The notes: generated by a model from the sequence alone, not told the origin. A stretch of 49,649 bases of DNA from Clostridiales bacterium (GCA_012729355.1 JAAYDG010000052.1:1-49649), one strand, 5' to 3'; shown: positions 39,842-48,941, numbered from the stretch's first letter. Program-made: numbers and translations.

Positions 39842-40720
39842 TTGACAGATCTTGCGCTTGATCGGGACAAAATGAAACGAAAAGGAAGATTCGCACGTTT
39901 CCTGAAACAGCTGTTCGCCAACAAAATGGCGCGCTTCGGCGGAACGGTGATTTTTCTGTTGTTCCTGCTCGCTGTGTTCGCTCCGGTGATCGCGCCCTAC
40001 GAATACGATGCGATGAATCTGCCCGAGATGCTCAAAGCGCCCGGGTTCGGAAACATCCTTGGGACCGATGAGTTCGGGCGGGATGTGTTCAGCCGGATCG
40101 TCTACGGTACGAGGATCTCTTTTACGGTCGGATTTTTGGCTGTGGGAATCTCCCTGCTCATCGGTACGATCCTGGGCGCTCTGGCCGGCTATTACGGCGG
40201 CGCGCTGGATTACGTCATCTCCGGAATCACCGATATCGCCTGGTCCTTTCCCGTGACGCTGCTGGCCATCGTGTTCGTGGCAGCGCTGGGCCCCAGCCTG
40301 ATCAACATGATCATCGCCATGGCCATCGTCAGCTGGTCCGGATTCGCCAGATTGGTCAGAGGACAGTTTCTTTCCCTGAGAGAGAAGGAATTTGTGCAGG
40401 CCGCAAGAGTTCTGGGAATGAGAGACCGCAGGATCATATTCCGGCACATGCTGCCCAATGCGCTGGCGCCTGTCATCGTGCTGACCACGTTGGAAGTGCC
40501 CAAAGCCATCATCGTGGAGGCGTCACTCAGCTTTCTGGGACTGGGCGCCCAGCCGCCCACGCCCAGCTGGGGCGCGATCATGAATTCGGGGAAATCCTAC
40601 CTCATGGAAGCGCCCTGGATTTCCATATTCCCCGGACTGATGATCGTCGTTATCGTTATGGGGTTCAATCTCTTCGGCGATGCTCTGCGGGACACGCTGG
40701 ACCCCAGATTAAAGGATTGA
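39842..40720 (+). CDS. Opp/Dpp-type ABC permease (OppC/DppC-like)
   Basis: ...APYEYD.....L..P......LGTDEFGRDVFSRIVYG.R.S.... Start is TTG 39842 or ATG 39872 (uncertain). Confidence 0.85.
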   Translation: MTDLALDRDKMKRKGRFARFLKQLFANKMARFGGTVIFLLFLLAVFAPVIAPYEYDAMNLPEMLKAPGFGNILGTDEFGRDVFSRIVYGTRISFTVGFLAVGISLLIGTILGALAGYYGGALDYVISGITDIAWSFPVTLLAIVFVAALGPSLINMIIAMAIVSWSGFARLVRGQFLSLREKEFVQAARVLGMRDRRIIFRHMLPNALAPVIVLTTLEVPKAIIVEASLSFLGLGAQPPTPSWGAIMNSGKSYLMEAPWISIFPGLMIVVIVMGFNLFGDALRDTLDPRLKD

Positions 40721-40735
40721 TGCGACCGGGACATT

Positions 40736-40772
40736 AAAAAACTGCGGAAACAGCTGATTTCCGCAGTTTTTT
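40736..40772. terminator. Bidirectional intrinsic terminator between the peptide ABC operon and the decarboxylase gene
   Basis: aaaaaaCTGCGGAAA-cagctga-TTTCCGCAGtttttt: a 9-bp stem flanked by an A-run and a T-run. Confidence 0.75.
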
Positions 40773-40782
40773 GATTGGTTTG

Positions 40783-42084
40783 CTACAGTTCGTTCTGCAC
40801 GATCTGCTCCAGAGACTGGCCTTTGCGGATCAGCCGCACCGTTCCGTCGGCGGCGGCCAGCACCTCGGGGATCTGAACGTGAGAATTATAGTTGAAGGGT
40901 GTCATGGAAGAGCAGTAGGCGCCCACACCGCCGATCACCACCAAATCGCCGATTTGGGGTTCGGCCATGGTGCGTTCCACGATGTTATGTTGACTGTCCA
41001 GGCACTGGGAATCGCCGCTCTCACAGCAACGGCCCACGATGATGGCTTCGTACGCGGTATCCGGCAGGTCAAAGTCCGTGGAGAGCAGACTGCCGTCCTT
41101 GGACAGGATGTAGAAGGGGTGCTGGGATCCGTACAGGGTCGGTCTGGCATTGATCTCCATGCCGCCGTTCACGACGATGAAATGGAACCCGTCTTCGCCG
41201 GTGGTCTTCTTGTCCAGCACTTCGGTGATCGCGTAGCCCGCATTGGCCACGATGTAGGTGCCCGGTTCGATTTCCATCTTCATTTTGCGTCCGTTTCTCT
41301 GATAGAATTCCTCAAACCGCTTTTTGGCATAGCTTCCGAGAAAATCGATGTCGGCGCAGATGTCTCCCGGCATGCGGGCTTCCTTGAGGCCGCCGCCGAA
41401 GCTCACTGTGTCGCAGTCGGGGAAATACGTTTCCACGATGCCCAATTCCAGATCGATATTGCTTCTCCAGATCTCCGGATCTCCTCCGGAACCGATGTGG
41501 ACGTGAACCTCCGTAAAGCGAAGACCTTTTTCTTTCCCGAAGGCCAAGGCGTCTTCCAGGTCGGAGCGATGGACGCCGAAACAGGAGTACTTGTCCCCGG
41601 TGTTGCGCGTGGCGCTTTCGCCGGAACCGATGCCCGGATGGATGCGCATGGACAGATCGATATGGTTTTCCCGTGCAAAATCAGCGATCAACTCCAGTTG
41701 CCGCACAGAGCACACATTATACTTGAGGCCTTTTTTCATCAGTTCTTCCAGGTCGTTTCTTTCCTGTCCGGCAGGGACTTCCTGAGTGGTCAGGAAAATC
41801 TTTGACGGATCGATACCGGCCAGGATTGCGCGCTTGGCCTCGTTCAGGGAACTGGCGTCGATCAGGAGGCCCTGTTGATCCACGATCTGCAGGATCGTGC
41901 GGTTGGAATTTGCCTTCATCGCAAAGCGCACATCCAGTCCGTAGGCATTGGGCATATTCAGCACCGCTTTGCAGCGTTCGATGATCAAGGCTTCGTCGTA
42001 CAGATACACCGGCGTACCGAAGTTTTCTTTCGCTTTCACGAAAACGGCGGGCTCCAGTCGGGAAAAATCGTTCAATGCGTTCAT
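40783..42084 (-). CDS. Fold-III (Orn/DAP/Arg decarboxylase family 2) PLP-dependent decarboxylase, diaminopimelate decarboxylase-like but with atypical motifs
   Basis: FGTPVYLYDE, FAMKANSN (PLP Lys), HVHIGSGG, FGGGL, EIEPGTYIV, CCESGD, GVGAYCSSM. 433 aa. Confidence 0.75.
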   Translation of the reverse strand: MNALNDFSRLEPAVFVKAKENFGTPVYLYDEALIIERCKAVLNMPNAYGLDVRFAMKANSNRTILQIVDQQGLLIDASSLNEAKRAILAGIDPSKIFLTTQEVPAGQERNDLEELMKKGLKYNVCSVRQLELIADFARENHIDLSMRIHPGIGSGESATRNTGDKYSCFGVHRSDLEDALAFGKEKGLRFTEVHVHIGSGGDPEIWRSNIDLELGIVETYFPDCDTVSFGGGLKEARMPGDICADIDFLGSYAKKRFEEFYQRNGRKMKMEIEPGTYIVANAGYAITEVLDKKTTGEDGFHFIVVNGGMEINARPTLYGSQHPFYILSKDGSLLSTDFDLPDTAYEAIIVGRCCESGDSQCLDSQHNIVERTMAEPQIGDLVVIGGVGAYCSSMTPFNYNSHVQIPEVLAAADGTVRLIRKGQSLEQIVQNEL

Positions 42085-42178
42085 GACTACTCTCTCTTTC
42101 GTTCAGTTCATCCCAAGGTAACGGTTGATCTCACCTGCTGATTATATACCAGTTCTTACGAACAAACAATACGCCGGT

Positions 42179-43384
42179 TCAGCCGATCGCTTTCCGGAAC
42201 AGGTCGCCTGCCTGCACGGCGTGGGGACAATCCACGGTAACAAGACGCATGGGCACGTTGGACAGGGGCAGTTCTTGTCCCGACTCGTCCAGGATGCGGC
42301 CCACCTTGAATGCTCTTCCCGTTTGGCCCGGGGAGACCACTTCCAGCGTGTCTCCCACGGCAAAGCGGTTTCGGGTCTGTACGGGGACCACTCCGCCGGA
42401 AGCCTCTTCCGAGGCCGTGGCCACGAACAGCCAGTTGCGCACGTATCCGCCGGTGTCCGGGACGAGCGCCAGGGGATCCTCCAGATAGAAGCCGCTGCAG
42501 TAGGGACGGTGGCTGGTGGTGTCCAGCTCCCGGAGCAATGCGTCCACGGGCGCAGTTTTGTCCATGGCCATCCGATAGGCATTGACCGTGACGCCGATGG
42601 AATAAGGGGTTCTCATGCGTCCTTCGATCTTGAAGCAGGAGACGCCGGCGTCCTGCAGCCGATCCAGAAAAGCGACGGTACACAGTTCCCTGGAACTGAG
42701 GAGTGCGGTGCCGCCGGCTTCTTCGACTACGGGGAAGTATTCGCCCGGACGTTTTTCTTCCGTCAGATGGTAATTCCACCGGCAGGACTGGGTGCAGTCT
42801 CCCCGGTTGGCGCTGCGGCCCGTCAGAAAAGAACTGATCAAACAGCGGCCCGAATAAGCCATGCACATGGCACCGTGCACGAAAGCTTCCAGCTCCAGAT
42901 CGTCGGGTATGTGCGCCCGTATTTCCGCGATCTGGGCCAAGGACAGCTCTCTGGCCAGGACGATGCGCCGCACGCCCAGGTCGTAGTACACTTGGGCAGC
43001 CTTGTAATTCATGCAGTTGGCCTGTGTGCTCAAGTGGAGTTCCATGTGGGGCACAGCATTTCGGATTTCCGCAAGCGCTCCGATGTCCGAGACGATCAGT
43101 CCGTCCGCGCCCATGGTTTCCAGGCGTTTGGCATAGGGTGCCAGCGCAGGGATCTCCCGGCTGTAGACGAAGCTGTTGACGGTCACGTACACGAGTTTCT
43201 CCCGGTCGTGGGCCGTGCGGATCACGCGGGACAGCGTCTCTTCGTCCATCCCGGCCGTATCAGCGCGAAGCTGCAGCAGCGGACCGCCGCAGTACAAAGC
43301 ATCAGCACCGTACTTCAGCGCTGTTAACGCGCCTTCCATATCTCCTGCCGGAGCCAGCAGTTTCGGTTGTTTCATCGTTCCCAT
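42179..43384 (-). CDS. U32 family protein (so-called peptidase U32; TrhP/YrrO-like size class)
   Basis: KLLAPAGDMEGALTALKYGADALY, and U32 signature EAFVHGAMCMAYSGRCLISSFLTGRSANRGDCTQSCRW with 4 Cys. Start is ATG 43384 or 43375, just downstream of GGAGGAAGG. Confidence 0.85.
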   Translation of the reverse strand: MGTMKQPKLLAPAGDMEGALTALKYGADALYCGGPLLQLRADTAGMDEETLSRVIRTAHDREKLVYVTVNSFVYSREIPALAPYAKRLETMGADGLIVSDIGALAEIRNAVPHMELHLSTQANCMNYKAAQVYYDLGVRRIVLARELSLAQIAEIRAHIPDDLELEAFVHGAMCMAYSGRCLISSFLTGRSANRGDCTQSCRWNYHLTEEKRPGEYFPVVEEAGGTALLSSRELCTVAFLDRLQDAGVSCFKIEGRMRTPYSIGVTVNAYRMAMDKTAPVDALLRELDTTSHRPYCSGFYLEDPLALVPDTGGYVRNWLFVATASEEASGGVVPVQTRNRFAVGDTLEVVSPGQTGRAFKVGRILDESGQELPLSNVPMRLVTVDCPHAVQAGDLFRKAIG

Positions 43385-43440
43385 CCTTCCTCCGGAGGCT
43401 ATCATATCACAGGAAGAACCTCTTTGTAAAACGGCGGCGA

Positions 43441-43495
43441 TTGACGGCCTGCCGGGGGAGATGATACACTGAAATCCGCAGCCGGCAGGCTGCGG
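43441..43495 (+). promoter_or_regulatory. Candidate promoter (TTGACG ... TGaTACACT) plus 5'-UTR GC hairpin upstream of the SDR-SDR-U32 string
   Basis: TTGACG at 43441-46, extended -10-like tgatacact at 43462-70, and a perfect 8-bp hairpin ccgcagcc-ggca-ggctgcgg at 43476-95. Confidence 0.3.
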
Positions 43496-43530
43496 CACCA
43501 CAGGAAGCACAGTCTAGCAGGAGGTGTGTA

Positions 43531-44253
43531 ATGAAAGGAAAAATTGCAATCGTCACCGGCGCCGCCAAGGGCATCGGCAAAGCGATCGCATTGGAACTGG
43601 CGTCCGCCGGGGCGAAAGTCTACGCCAACGGTCGTACAAGGGAGAGCCTGTCGGATCTTCTGGGCGAAGCCGAAGTCCGTTCTTTGGAAATTCTGCCGCT
43701 GCCGTTTGACGTATCGAAAGAAGCGGAAGTGGTCCGGGCCATGGGCACAGTGGAGAGGATCGATTATCTTGTGAACAATGCGGCGGTGTGTCCCTATGTT
43801 CGATACGAGGATCTCACGGAGGAACACTGGGATCTGATGTTCGGCGTCAACGTGAAGGGCACGTATTTCTGTACGCGCCATGCGCTGGAGAAGATCACTT
43901 CTCCCGGAGGCAGCATCGTGAATATTTCATCCGGTGCGGGGAAAACAGGGGGCGCTTTTGTGAGCATGCCCTACGGCACGTCCAAAGCGGCCATCAACAA
44001 CATGACCGTTACGTTCGCCAAACTCTTTGCCGCGAAAGGCATTCGTGTCAACGCCGTGTCGCCGGGCTTTGTGGAGACTCGGATCCTGGATGAAATGCCG
44101 ATCGACAGAGATCGGATCCGGTCGGACATTCCGCTGGGAAAGATCGGAAAACCCGGGGATATTGCGCCCGTTGTGCGGTTTGTGCTCTCGGAGGAATCAT
44201 CCTTTATGACGGGGCAGGTAATCGAAGTCAACGGGGGAGACGTGATGTATTAA
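43531..44253 (+). CDS. Short-chain dehydrogenase/reductase (FabG-like classical SDR)
   Basis: KIAIVTGAAKGIGKAIA (TGxxxGxG), NNAA, SSGAG...YGTSKAA (YxxxK), VNAVSPGFV. Confidence 0.88.
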   Translation: MKGKIAIVTGAAKGIGKAIALELASAGAKVYANGRTRESLSDLLGEAEVRSLEILPLPFDVSKEAEVVRAMGTVERIDYLVNNAAVCPYVRYEDLTEEHWDLMFGVNVKGTYFCTRHALEKITSPGGSIVNISSGAGKTGGAFVSMPYGTSKAAINNMTVTFAKLFAAKGIRVNAVSPGFVETRILDEMPIDRDRIRSDIPLGKIGKPGDIAPVVRFVLSEESSFMTGQVIEVNGGDVMY

Positions 44254-44292
44254 CAGCGAGGCAACAGAACAGGAAACAGGAGGGAAGAATCG

Positions 44293-45039
44293 ATGCAAAC
44301 AGAACAGAAAGTGGCAGTGGTGACCGGAGGGGCCACCGGGATCGGAAAAGGGTGTGTGCTGAAATTTCTGGCAGAGGGCTATCAAGTGATGACTACCGGT
44401 CGGCGTCTCGACAAACTGCAGGAGCTGGTCGACGAAGCGAAGAGCGCAGATCTGTCAATTTTGCGGGGAGACGTGTCCGACCAGAAACAGATGATCGACC
44501 TGATCGATCGGACGGTGGCACAGTGGGGACGGATCGACGTGATGGTGAACAATGCAGGGATCTGTACGAGCATTCCTTTCATCGATATGACTGCCGGGGA
44601 ATACGATCAGGTGATCCGGGTCAATCAGTACGGATGCTTTTTCGGCATGCAGGCTGCGGCCAGAAAAATGATCGAGTTGGGGATCAAAGGTGTCATCATG
44701 AACGTGTCGAGTGTGTTCTACGAAGTGGCCAGTCCCAAAATCATCCACTATCACGCAAGCAAAGGCGCCATTTCCATGATGTCCAAATCCGCGGCCCTGG
44801 AACTGGCGCCCTACGGGATCCGCGTACTGGCTGTGGCGCCGGGCGTGATCGATACACCCATGTTGGATATCGACAAAGAGCGGGGTACCTGGGACGAGAT
44901 CCAAACGAAGCACATGAGAAACAAAGCCCTGTCTACGGCGGAAGTGGCCGAAGTGATGGTGTTCCTCTGCTCCGAAAAGGCCAACGGTGTCAATGGATGT
45001 GTCATTCCCATCGACGACGGCCTGCTGAGCAAGTATTAG
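44293..45039 (+). CDS. Short-chain dehydrogenase/reductase (classical SDR)
   Basis: KVAVVTGGATGIGKG, NNAG, VSS...YHASKGA, LAVAPGVIDTPM. Confidence 0.88.
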   Translation: MQTEQKVAVVTGGATGIGKGCVLKFLAEGYQVMTTGRRLDKLQELVDEAKSADLSILRGDVSDQKQMIDLIDRTVAQWGRIDVMVNNAGICTSIPFIDMTAGEYDQVIRVNQYGCFFGMQAAARKMIELGIKGVIMNVSSVFYEVASPKIIHYHASKGAISMMSKSAALELAPYGIRVLAVAPGVIDTPMLDIDKERGTWDEIQTKHMRNKALSTAEVAEVMVFLCSEKANGVNGCVIPIDDGLLSKY

Positions 45040-45049
45040 CGTGCCTCGC

Positions 45050-47092
45050 ATGAAGAAGCCGCCGGAAATACTGGCGCCGGCCGGTAACCGTATGCAACTG
45101 GAGGCCGCCCTGGGGGCCGGTGCGGATGCTGTCTATCTGGGACTGCCGGGATTCAACGCCAGGCAGGGAGCACGCAACTTTCAAGCCGAAGAACTGCCCG
45201 AAGTGACGGCATATTGTCACGCCCGGGGCGTCCGCGTGTACGTAACGCTCAATACGCTGGTGACCGACGAAGAGTTGCCTTCGATAGAAACGGCGGTCAC
45301 GGCTGCTGCCGAATCCGGTGTGGACGCCTTGATCGTTCAGGATCCGGCTGTCTTTCTCATGGCAAAAACACTGTATCCGCAGTTGCCTCTGCATGCTTCC
45401 ACCCAAACGGCGATCCACAACGTTCGGGGTACGGTCCTGCTGGAGCGCATGGGGTTTGCCCGTGTGGTGCTGGCCAGAGAGTTGTCTTTGGACGAGATCC
45501 GGCAGATCGCCGCAGGCACGGCGCTGCCGTTGGAAGTTTTCGTCCACGGCGCACACTGCACCTGTGTTTCGGGAAACTGCTATCTTTCCTCCATGATCGG
45601 CGGCCGCAGCGGGAACCGGGGGTTGTGCGCCCAGCCCTGCCGCCTGGATTTTCGGCTGGGCGACCGGCAGTACGCCCTTTCTCTCAAGGATCTGTCGGTT
45701 TTGGATCATCTGGAACCGTTGACGCAAGCCGGGATAAGCGCCTTTAAAATCGAAGGACGCCTGAAGCGGCCCGAATACGTGGCTGCGGCAGTCGGCGCCT
45801 GCAGAGATGCCATGGAACACCGTCCGCCGGATACGGATCTTTTGCGGGCGCTTTTTTCCAGGAGCGGATTCACCGACGGCTATCTGACAGGAAAGCGCAA
45901 TGCAGCCATGTTCGGACACAGAACAAGAGAAGATGTTCAGGCTTCCGCGAAAGCGCTCGCCGCATTACCGGAAACAGCGTCGGATACGGCCGCCGTTCCG
46001 GTGGACATGGCGCTGACGATCGCCGAAAGCCTCCCCGCTGCACTCACGCTGTCCGACGGCCGTTGTACGGTATCCCTTCGAGGACCGGTGCCCCGGCGCG
46101 CCGTGCAAAAAGACCTGACCGAAGATGTGGCCGAACGGAGCCTCCGAAAGACCGGCGGCACCCCTTACGCGCCGGGCCGGCTCGACGTGCGGATCCAAAG
46201 CGGACTGACGATGTCCGCGGGAGAATTGAACGCATTGCGGCGGGAGGGACTGAATGCGCTGACCGAGAGACGGAATCCCCGGCCTGTCTATACCCGCACC
46301 AAAGCGGCTCTCCAAAGACTTCCTGCGTACAATCCGCCGGAACGTGGGGAGCTCCGCCTCCGTTTCGAGCGATTCGAACAGATTTTCGAAGGGGCCCGAG
46401 CCCACCGGCTGATTGTTCCTCTGGCCGAGATTTTGGCGCATCCCGAACTGCTTCGGATCGGCGGAAGCCCCCTGATCGGAGAAATCCCGTCCCTGGTTTT
46501 CCCCTCCGAGGAAGGAGAGACGCTGCACCGGCTGGAATCATTGAAAAAAATGGGTCTGACGCACGTGCTCTGCGACAACCCGGGCGCCGTGGGCCTGGCG
46601 CTGGATCTCGGGTTGGTTCCTCACGGCGGCCCCGCTTTGAACCTGTTGAACAGCTATGCGCTGGAAGAATACAGGAAGCTTGGACTGGCCGATGCCACGC
46701 TGTCCATCGAAGGGTCGTTCTCCCGGGTGCGAAAACTGCAGGGGTCATTGCAAAGGGGCATCATCGGCTACGGCTATCTCCCGCTGATGAAGCTGCGGGC
46801 CTGTCCGGCCCGCAGTCCGGAAGGCTGTGGGAACTGCAGCGGGCAGCACACGCTCCGGGACAGAAAGGGGATCGAATTCACGCTGCTCTGCAGAGAAAGA
46901 AAATATGTTGAACTGCTGAACAGCGTACCGGTTTACGTGGCGGACAAGTCGGTCCCGAAACTGGACTTTCAGACGTTGTACTTTACGACCGAATCCCAAG
47001 AGGCGTGCAAGAGCATTTCAGCCCTGTATCTGAATCAAAAACCACCGGCTTTTCCAAGGACCGGCGGTTTGTATTATCGAAAACTGCTGTAA
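45050..47092 (+). CDS. Long U32 family protein (about 680 aa, RlhA/YdcP size class with C-terminal extension)
   Basis: EILAPAGNRMQLEAALGAGADAVYLG, and EVFVHGAHCTCVSGNCYLSSMIGGRSGNRGLCAQPCRL (U32 Cys cluster). Start is ATG 45050 or GTG 45041, directly after the SDR stop at 45039. No clear RBS. Confidence 0.83.
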   Translation: MKKPPEILAPAGNRMQLEAALGAGADAVYLGLPGFNARQGARNFQAEELPEVTAYCHARGVRVYVTLNTLVTDEELPSIETAVTAAAESGVDALIVQDPAVFLMAKTLYPQLPLHASTQTAIHNVRGTVLLERMGFARVVLARELSLDEIRQIAAGTALPLEVFVHGAHCTCVSGNCYLSSMIGGRSGNRGLCAQPCRLDFRLGDRQYALSLKDLSVLDHLEPLTQAGISAFKIEGRLKRPEYVAAAVGACRDAMEHRPPDTDLLRALFSRSGFTDGYLTGKRNAAMFGHRTREDVQASAKALAALPETASDTAAVPVDMALTIAESLPAALTLSDGRCTVSLRGPVPRRAVQKDLTEDVAERSLRKTGGTPYAPGRLDVRIQSGLTMSAGELNALRREGLNALTERRNPRPVYTRTKAALQRLPAYNPPERGELRLRFERFEQIFEGARAHRLIVPLAEILAHPELLRIGGSPLIGEIPSLVFPSEEGETLHRLESLKKMGLTHVLCDNPGAVGLALDLGLVPHGGPALNLLNSYALEEYRKLGLADATLSIEGSFSRVRKLQGSLQRGIIGYGYLPLMKLRACPARSPEGCGNCSGQHTLRDRKGIEFTLLCRERKYVELLNSVPVYVADKSVPKLDFQTLYFTTESQEACKSISALYLNQKPPAFPRTGGLYYRKLL

Positions 47093-47096
47093 ACCC

Positions 47097-48290
47097 TCAA
47101 TCGGAGAAGTGACGGGCCACGTCGTCCAGGAGGCGATCGTCGCTGAACAGGTTCAGCGCTTGCAGTCCGATGATCCGGGCGCCCACAGGCAGCGCCTTCC
47201 GTCCGGCTTCTCCGCCGGCGTACGCTGCAAAATCCAGGGTATGCAGGGCCGTTCCCATCGGTGCGATCTGCAGGCTGGGATGGAAAGTGGGACATACATA
47301 GCTTACGTTTCCCGCATCGGTGGAAGCGAAAATTTTGTCGGGATCTCCGTTCAATTCCAGCCCCAGTTCTCCGTAGATTTCGGCCAGGACAGCCAGTCCC
47401 GGTTCGTTTTTTTTCAAATCGGCATAGGCCGGATATGTGACGGTCTTCTCAAAGAGGGTCTGGGTCGCTAGGGCGGCTCCTTTGGCACAGTCGTCCACAA
47501 GTCTCTGGACTTCTTCCGCATAATGTTGCTCCTTGGCCCGCACGCAGAATTCACAGACTGCCTTTTCGGGAACGATATTGGAGATCTGTCCTCCCTCCCG
47601 GATGATGCCGTGAATGCGCACATCCGGCTGTACGTGCTGGCGCATCATATCGACTCCGTGGAACATCAGCTGCACGGCATTCAGGGCGTTTTTCCCTTCC
47701 CAGGGCGCTGCGGCGCTGTGCGCCGCCTTCCCCTCGAATGTATAGGTGTATCCCATCAATGCCAGGCAGAGCGGGGACAACAGATTGCTGTCATACAAGT
47801 GGACCATCATGGCCATGTCATATCCGTCAAACACCCCGTTTTCGACCAATGTGACTTTCCCGCCGCCCCGTTCTTCCGCAGGGGTCCCGATCACGTGCAC
47901 GTCCAGATCCAGCGCATCCTGCAAAGGACGCAAGGCCAGCCCCGCCAGTACGCTGATGGCTGCGCTCACATTGTGACCGCAGGCGTGTCCCAGGTCCGGC
48001 AGCGCATCGTATTCGGCCATAATCGCCAGTTTCCTGCGGTGGGTTTCGTTTCCGGCGACAGCCCGAAACGCTGTGGTGACGCCGCCGATTGGATGAGTGA
48101 CGCGGAATCCTTCCCGCTCCAGCAGTGCGGCGATCTTTTTCGCGGAATGCTCCTCCCGACCGGATATTTCCGGATGCCGAAACAGCCAATTGCTCAGTTC
48201 TTCCGCATGGGGAAGGAATCGAAGGATCTCGTTTTCCAACAACGCTTTGAGTTCCTCTTTCCGTCGGGGGTCTATCGGCTTGTATTCCAT
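47097..48290 (-). CDS. M20D-family amidohydrolase / aminoacylase (AbgB/YxeP-like)
   Basis: MEYKPID... RHPEISGREEHS..., GHACGHN, VIGTPAEERGGGK. ATG 48290 after AGAGGAAA. The track ORF start at 48665 is an extension lying inside rnhB. Confidence 0.85.
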   Translation of the reverse strand: MEYKPIDPRRKEELKALLENEILRFLPHAEELSNWLFRHPEISGREEHSAKKIAALLEREGFRVTHPIGGVTTAFRAVAGNETHRRKLAIMAEYDALPDLGHACGHNVSAAISVLAGLALRPLQDALDLDVHVIGTPAEERGGGKVTLVENGVFDGYDMAMMVHLYDSNLLSPLCLALMGYTYTFEGKAAHSAAAPWEGKNALNAVQLMFHGVDMMRQHVQPDVRIHGIIREGGQISNIVPEKAVCEFCVRAKEQHYAEEVQRLVDDCAKGAALATQTLFEKTVTYPAYADLKKNEPGLAVLAEIYGELGLELNGDPDKIFASTDAGNVSYVCPTFHPSLQIAPMGTALHTLDFAAYAGGEAGRKALPVGARIIGLQALNLFSDDRLLDDVARHFSD

Positions 48291-48940
48291 TGGTTTCCTC
48301 TTTCCGTATAATTCTGCAAAAAGCTTTTGCGGTGGATGGGGCAGGGTCCCCGGCGGTCCAGTCCGTCGAAATGCGCCCGGGTGCCGTACCCTTTGTTTCG
48401 ATCCAATGCGTATCCGGGATAGAGGCGGTGATATTCCTGCATTCTGGCATCTCTGGCCACCTTGGCCAGGATCGACGCCGCAGCGATGCTGACAGAAAGA
48501 CTGTCGCCCCGGACGATGGCCGTCTGCGGCAGATCCGATTCCGGCAGCGTCAGTGCATCGATGAGCACGTGTTGGGGTCGGACCGCCAACCCTCTCAGTG
48601 CCGCGGACATGGCTTCCCGGGTGGCTTGCAGGATATTGATCTCGTCGATCCGGTGGTTGTCGCACCAGCCCAGAGCCCAGCAGATCGCCTGGGCTTGGAT
48701 CTCTTTTGCCAGTGTTTCCCGCCGCATCGGGCTCAGTTTTTTGGAATCGTCGATCCCGAGGATGCGGCAGTCCGCGGGAAGGATCACCGCAGCAGCGGTG
48801 ACCGGTCCGGCAAGCGGCCCTCTGCCCACTTCATCGACGCCTGCAACGAAAGAAACGCCCTGATCCAGCAGCGCTTCTTCGTAGCGGCGCATTTCCCGCA
48901 GCCGCAGGCGGAGTTTTTCGACTCGTTCTTCTTGGGTCAT
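48272..48940 (-). CDS. rnhB: Ribonuclease HII
   Basis: VAGVDEVGRGPLAGPV.AAAVIL, GIDDSKKLS, ...HRKSF. ATG at 48940. The 3' end overlaps the M20 start by 19 nt. Confidence 0.9.
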   Translation of the reverse strand: MTQEERVEKLRLRLREMRRYEEALLDQGVSFVAGVDEVGRGPLAGPVTAAAVILPADCRILGIDDSKKLSPMRRETLAKEIQAQAICWALGWCDNHRIDEINILQATREAMSAALRGLAVRPQHVLIDALTLPESDLPQTAIVRGDSLSVSIAAASILAKVARDARMQEYHRLYPGYALDRNKGYGTRAHFDGLDRRGPCPIHRKSFLQNYTERGNQWNTSR

Positions 48941-48941
48941 A

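Noticed and set aside
42085-42178. Lysine riboswitch (L-box) upstream of the LysA-like gene
   Set aside because: The gap is only 94 nt, whereas an L-box needs about 180 nt, and none of the conserved L-box helices or motifs are visible. The gap contains only a plausible TTGTTT-17-TATAAT promoter.
40771-43327. Long + strand ORFs 40771-41805 and 42125-43327
   Set aside because: They are antisense shadows of the decarboxylase and U32 genes, His/Gly/Arg/Val-rich, with no motifs or RBS.
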